From positions 38,440,001-38,504,000 of the forward strand of contig OZ024747.1 of the NCBI GenBank assembly GCA_964016885.1: DNA of 64,000 nucleotides. The letters are read 5' to 3'. Positions 57,397-64,000 of the stretch are shown here, piece by piece. The first letter of the stretch is position 1. Each line of letters begins with the position of its first letter. Source of the stretch: Eledone cirrhosa. Taxonomy: Eukaryota. Both the position numbers and the translations under genes were made by a program. The notes under the pieces are model-generated. The model had not been told where the DNA came from. It was given only the letters and a program-made list of their open reading frames with translations, and did no database searches.

Positions 57397-59350
57397 CCTT
57401 GAATCTCAGTCATTGATGTTGGTTAACTGGAAAGTCCGTTGGAATGAATATCAAGCCACTACCTGCAGCCTCAGATATTCAGGACGTATCGGAGGGTTCT
57501 TGCTGTTCCCAGCAAGCATGCCTTTTGAAGCGTTCCAAAAAGCGTGAAGGGGCCGATTTTCTTTAACCATCCCTGGAAACTTTTGGAGATAGTCCCCAGT
57601 GCGCCTATGACAATCGGGATCACTTTGACTTCATGGCAGTTCCAAATCCTTTTTACCTCCTTTATACCTACTTTTTACCGCCTTTATAGTGAGTCTGGGC
57701 TAGGTGTTTACACTCGGATACAATGTGAGCCACAGTCTCCTCTCTCTCTCTCTCCACAGATCCTGCACAGTGGGCTAGCCTCCTCCTTGTAAATATGATG
57801 TTTCAACCACTTCGTTTTGTAGGGCCTGCTCCTGCGCAGCCATTAACATTCCTTCTGTAGCCTTTTTGAGGTCTCCTCTTTTCAACCAGTTCCATGTCTG
57901 TGGATCTCTAAAGTCAGTTTTCTCAAAGAAGGTACTATGAAGGGATTTTCCCTGAAGGCTGCTCTTTCTCCTTGATGTTATTTCCTCCTTGGACATCCCC
58001 TGGCCTACTGTCCCCTCTTTCAGTACATTTCTGAGCATTGGCTCCTTACTATCAGTCACGTATTTGTATAGGTTGTTTTTCTCCATCTGAACACAGTCCT
58101 CTATGCTGATAAGACCTCTTCCACCTTCAGATCTCCTTAGGTAGAGTCTATCGACATCACTCCTCTTGTGGAACATGTTGTAGATAGTCAATAGCTTCCT
58201 AGTCTTCCTATCCATTTCTTTTTGTTCAGCAACATTCCATCTCAGAATTCCCGCACTGTACCTAATAATAGACACAGCACGGGAATTTACTGCGCTTATG
58301 GCATTTCTGCTGTTCAGATGTGACTTCAATACGCTCCTTACTCTCCGAATGTATTCAGTTCTTAACAATTCCTTCATTTTTTAGTTCTTTATGCCATCAG
58401 CCTCCAGAACGCCCAAATACTTGCATCCTTCCTCAGAGTCAATTTCCTTTATCATCTCACCTGTTGGTATCTGGATTCCGCTACTTCTGCTCAACCTACG
58501 CCTCCTCATCACAATGACTCCACACTTACTAATACCAAACTGCATACATATATCACTGCTGAAAATACGGACAGTGTCAACAAGCACATCCAACTCCTTC
58601 TCACTCTTCCCGAAGAGCTTAAGATCGTCCATGAAGAGGGGGTGATTGATGGTAAGCTCTCCCTTTCCCAACTTGTATCCTGCTCTCACTTTTCGCAGCA
58701 TAATGGTCAAGGGCATCAGAGCAAGGACAAACAACAGAGGGGACAGGCTATCTCCCTGGAAGATACCTCTCTTGATCTTCACGCTTCCCAAGGATTCTCC
58801 AGTTGATGTCAACTCTGTCTCCCAGGACCCCATACTCCTGCCCAGCAACTGTCTGATGTTATCTGCCACCCTGAAGATCTCCAGGCTTTTGGTGATCCAA
58901 GAGTGAGGCACCATGTCAAATGCCTTTCTGTAGTCTATCCATCCCATGGCAAGATCAGTGTGTCTCCTCCTACCATTCCCCATTACCATCTTATCAATAA
59001 GTAACTGGTCCTTTGTACCACGTGACTTCTTTCGGCATCCTTTCGTCCAGCATCCTTTCGTCCGGCATCCTTTCGTCCGGCATCCTTTCGTCCGGTAACA
59101 AGTTGTTTGTGTAGAGGTGATGGTAGATTTTCTCAGACACAATGCTTGTCAACAGTTTCCACATTACGGACAGACATGTGATAGGTATATAGTTGGTAAC
59201 ATCATTACCCTTGGTTCGGTCTTTCATTATCAGAACTGTGGTACCTTTTGTCAACCACTCTGGCACCTCACCCGACACCAAGCAGTCATTGAACATGGCC
59301 GTCAGTTTCGGGTGGAGGGATGTTAAATTTTTAATCCAATACCGCTGCAT
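57396..59350 (-). mobile_element. RLE LINE family A, copy 3 (internal deletion in RLE, 15-bp tandem expansion in RT)
   Basis: [18 protein letters not shown]; same 3'UTR as 22848 and 24729. Confidence 0.93.
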
Positions 59351-59375
59351 ATTATTATTATTATTATTATTATTA

Positions 59376-62300
59376 CAGTTGCATTTATCTTGCTTTATGT
59401 TCATACGCGTTATCACCAAGTCACAACCAGTGACCTCAAGAGACAACAAGGTCCGCCATGTTCAAGAAAGAACATACATATTCACACATGCATCTTTAGT
59501 GTTTAGACTTGTGATGTACTTATATTGACAGAATCTTCCTTAGTATATGAGCAGTTCCCATTAGTACTATCTTTTGTATTTCTCCTATACGCGGGTTTCC
59601 TGGGATTTGCGATAAGTAATCATTAGACCCCTTAGGTATCATTCCCAGAGCGCCTACAACCACTGGTATTGTTTTAGTTCTCAATTTCCACATTTTTCCA
59701 ATTTCTATCTCCAGGTCCTTATACTTGCTCAATTTTTCAAATGTTTTTATAGATACATTCTTGTCTATTGGAACAGACATATCAATTAGCAGGCATACCC
59801 TCTTTTGAAAGTCCTTCAATATTATATCAGGTCTATTTGCATCTATTTTTCGGTCTTTTGGGATGCTAAATTCCACAAGATTGAGATGTAATCTTTTTCA
59901 AGTATGGGATGTGGTTGATGCTCCCACCAATTCTTTTGATGGGGCAGGTCAAAATGCTTACACATTATCCAATGTATGTATTGTGCAGCTCTGTCATGCC
60001 TGTTTAGGTATTCGGTTGGAGCTATAGGACTGCACATTGAAATTATATGGTCAATGGTCTCTGGTTGTTTTTTGCATACACGGCATAATGGGCTGCACCC
60101 ATTTTTTATTATGTTGGCTTGGTAATTTTTTGTTGGCAGACACTGATCTTGTGCCGATATAATCAGTCCTTCAGTCTCCGATTTCAGTCCAGAGGATGCC
60201 AACCACTGATGGGTTAAAGTTTTGTCAACATCAGGATTGTTTGCTCTTTCTGGGTATTTTCCACACAAAGGCTTTTCTTTCCATTTCTTAGCCAGTTTCT
60301 GTAGCAGTTCTTTCTTTGAAGTTACTTTTACCTGCTTTGCTTTTTCTGTGTTTTTCATTTCAGCAGTAAATGGAACTTCTGAAATTTGTAGTCCATTATT
60401 GTATCTTTGTGCATCTTTTGTAATGGAGTATGATCTTTGGATGCTTTCATGTTTCAAAACGAGTTTGATCATCCAATCATATGATTCCCTTAGATATGTA
60501 CATAATCCAATTTTTTCAGTTTTCAAAGCAATATCTAACTGGATTAATGCACGTCCTCCTTCTTTCCTATGAGAGATATATTCCACCTGTATCTGCCTTA
60601 GGGTGATGCATTCTGTGCATGATGAAGAATTTTTCTAATTTTTGTATCGAGCCTACGGATCTCTGTGCTTGACCAGTTGGTGACACTGTAACTGTACGTT
60701 ACTACTGGTATGGCAAGCGTGTTTATGGCATCGATCCTATTCCTTGAATTCAATTCCGTTCTTAAGTTTGCTCTTACTCTGCGATAACATTCCTTCCTAT
60801 CCTTTCCGACATTGTCGAGTGGTTGATTCCGTCTCCTTCACAAACACCTAGATATTTGTAAGTTTTCTCTTGATCAAGTTCTCTTATCACATTCCCTCGA
60901 TCACGATTAATGTCTCAACTTTTCAGCAGCTTTTCTCTGGTGAACGTGGCTTTGGCGGATTTATCTAGTCCAAACTCCATTTTAATGTCATCACTGAACT
61001 GCTTCACAGTGGATAATACCACTTACAATTGCTCATCATGTTTTGCAAATAGTTTCAGGTCATCCATGTAGAACAAGTGATTCATGGTTTTGTCCTAGAA
61101 TTTGATCATCGAGTTTGATTCCCTTTAGATATATAGATAATCCAATTGTTTCAGTTTTCAACGCAATATCTAAATGGATTAACCCACGTCCTCCTTCTTT
61201 CCTAGGGAGATATAGTCTATCTATATCTGCCTTAGGGTGATGTATTATGTGCATGGATAAGAATTTTCTAATTTTTGTATCGAGCCTACGGATCTCTGTC
61301 CTTGACCACTTGATGATATTATAACTGTAGGTTATTACTGGTATGGCAAACGTCTTTATGGCATCAACCATATTCCTTGCGTTCAATTCCGTTCTAAATT
61401 CCTGCGGTAACAAATCCTCCCTTGTCATTTCACTCATTGTCGAGTGTTTGATTCCGTCTACTTCACAAACACCTAGATATTTGTAAGTTTCCTCTTGATC
61501 AAGTTCACATTCCCCCGATCAAGATTAATGCCTGAAATTTTCAGCAGCTTTTTTCAGGTGAACGTTGCTTTGGCGCATTTATCTAGTCCAAACTCCATTT
61601 TAATGTCATCACTGAACTGCTTCACAGTGGATAATACTGCTTGCAATTGCTCATCATTTTTTAAAAATAGTTTTAGGTCATCCATGTAGAACAAGTGATT
61701 AATGGTTTTGTCATAGACTTTATATACATGTTTTGTTTTATTGACCATTTTACTTAATGGTATAAGTGCGATGCAGAATAAAAGCGTCGATAAATAGTCA
61801 CCCTGAAAAAATCCCACAATTAATATTAACTTCTTCAACTTCCAGTGATTTTTTTTCACTATTCAAAAGGAGTGTCGTTTTCCATGTCTTCATACTGAAT
61901 GACAGGAACCTTCTGACAATGGGAGATATTTTGAAAATCTCTAAACATTTTTCAATCCAACTGTGTAGCAAACTATCGAATGCTTTTTTTACAATCTATC
62001 CAAGCAATTGATAGATGTTTGTGTCTATTATGACCATCTTCCTGTATCATTTTGTTAACCAAAAGCTGATCTTTACTGCCATATGAACCTCGTTTACACT
62101 CTTTCTGCTCCTTGGGAAATAGATCATTTGTTATCAGGTGGTCATATGTATATTCAGTTAGGAATGATGTTAAAAGCAAGTTATCGGTCTGTAATTTTGG
62201 GGATTGTTTGTCTCATCATTATTCGGAAGTAGGAATGTAATGCCATTAACTAGCCACGATGGTATCTTTTCTGGCTCCTTAACTATTTCATTGTAAAGTT

Positions 62301-62388
62301 GGGCTAACAGCTCATGAGAAACTGTGAAGCCATTTATCCAAAAATTTGGTATTTCGTCTTTTCCTCGGGATTTCCATTAGCTGTTTTT
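59376..62388 (-). mobile_element. RLE LINE family B with a roughly 0.6-kb internal duplication
   Basis: YMDDLKLF occurs twice (about 61060 and 61680); CRVC...HIISMC; NRPDII..D RLE; ...GTAHILRKILSI*. Confidence 0.92.
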
Positions 62389-62408
62389 TTATTATTATTA
62401 TTATTATT

Positions 62409-63602
62409 GTTCTTTGAGTCTCAGTCATTGATGTTAGTCAACTGGAAAGTTTGTTGAAATGAATATCAAGCCACTACCTACAGCGTCAGATATTCAGGAC
62501 GTATCGGAGTGTTCTTGCTGTTCACAGAAACCATGCCTTTTGAAGCGTTCCAAAAAGCGTGGCGGGGCCAATTTTCTTTAACCATCCTTGGAAACTTTTT
62601 GAGACAGTACCTAGTGCGCCTATGACAATCGGGACCACTTTGACTTCATGGCAGTTCCAAATCCTTTTTACCTCCCACTCTAAGTCCTGGTATCGGTTAA
62701 TTTTCTCCCTCTCCTTCTCTTGCACTCTCGTGTCGAATGGGCAGGCCACATTCACAATCAGGCACGATCTTTTTTTCCTTGTCCAAAACCACCAGGTCAG
62801 GTCTATTGTGTTCCAGTTTCTTGTCCGTCTGTATCCTAAAATCCCACAGCACCTTCACCTGATCGTTTTCTATCACCGACTCTGGCTTATGCTCATACCA
62901 CTTCTCAGAATGTGGTAAATTATTTACTTTGCATAGGTGCCAGTGGATCACCCTGCCCATCACATCATGTCTCCAGCCTTTATAGTGAGTCTGGGCTAGG
63001 TGTTTACACTCGGATACAATGTTAGCCACAGTCTCCTCTCTCTCTCCACAGATCTTACACAGTGAGCTAGCCTCCTACTATTAAATATGATGCTACACTC
63101 ACTTCGTTCTGAGGGCCTGCTCTTGTGCAATCATTAGCATTCCTTCTGTAGCCTGTTTAAGGTCTCCTGTTTTTAACCAGTACCATGTCTGTGGATCTCT
63201 GAATTCAGTTTTCTCAAAGAAGGTACTATGAAGGGATTTTTCATGAAAGTTGCTATTCCTCCTTGCTGTTATTTCCTCCTTGGACATCCCCTGGTCTATC
63301 TTGTTTTTCTCCATCTGAACACAGTCCTCTATGCTGATAAGACCTCTTCCACCTTCAGATCTCTTTAAGTAGAGACTATCGACATCACTCCTCTTGTGGA
63401 ACATGTTGTAGATAGTCAATAGCTTCCTAGTCTTCCTATCCATTTCTTTTTGTTCAGCAACATTCCACTTCAGAATTCCCGCACTGTACCTAATAATAGA
63501 GACAGCTCAGGAATTCACTGCACTTATGACATTCCTGCTATTTAGATGTGATTTTAAAACGCTCCTTACTCTCCTAATGTACTCAGATCTTATCAATTCC
63601 TC
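62409..63602 (-). mobile_element. RLE LINE family A, copy 4
   Basis: Same 3' end and RLE motifs as copies 1-3. Confidence 0.92.
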
Positions 63603-64000
63603 CGTTATGTCTATGTGGTTGATGGTCGCCATTTCTTCATGGAGTTTTGTGGCATCAAAGAACTCCTCTTTCTTTGTTATTTGTATGTTCCTTAGTGGAC
63701 ATGTGAACACACTTTTGTACTGTTCGTTCAGTATTTCACTTTTCTCTTGAGATTCTCAGTTAATGAACCGTCTGTATGGAAGAGTGGCCCAATCTTGCAG
63801 TGTACCGAGGCAGTTTCTTTTGCAAATTTAAAGAAGGCCTTAGGGTTCGTTTTAATATTTTCTATGGCCCTGCTTTCTTTCTTTGCCTTCTCATTTTCAT
63901 GGGAAAGTTTGAGTGCAATCTCGGTGTCAAGTAGTGCACGTTTCAAATGGGATTCCCTCTTGTTTTTGTTTTCCTGTTGAGCATTCAATTGGTTTGAGAG
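63603..64000 (-). mobile_element. CR1/L2-like LINE fragment (EN-RT linker), continuing beyond the window
   Basis: ENIKTNPKAFFKFAK...IGPL motif. Confidence 0.65.

Overview
AT-rich, microsatellite-dense animal genomic DNA (repeat content suggests an octopus or other mollusc; this is inference). It is almost entirely retroelement-derived, with one probable host coding exon (9911-11164). The main result is a hammerhead ribozyme (HHR) / Penelope-like element (PLE) system. (1) Bases 1-5603 are two divergent arrays of a near-identical 588-bp unit. Each unit folds into a type I HHR with a variant U3-A8 core, a palindromic stem III and a possible loop I/loop II pseudoknot, which fits a large retrozyme-like array. 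(2) Further HHR motifs occur in PLE pseudo-LTRs and solo units (13.3, 30.05, 32.9, 37.25, 43.5 kb). (3) Four separate head-to-head inverted structures end in (TA)n. In addition, R4/Dong-like (restriction-like endonuclease, RLE) LINEs and a Tx1-like L1 form two nested trains in (ATT)n, and a third RLE family sits in (TATG)n. tRNA-derived SINEs, MITEs and RTE/CRE/CR1 fragments fill the rest. All folds and boundaries were read by eye; no searches or folding programs were run.
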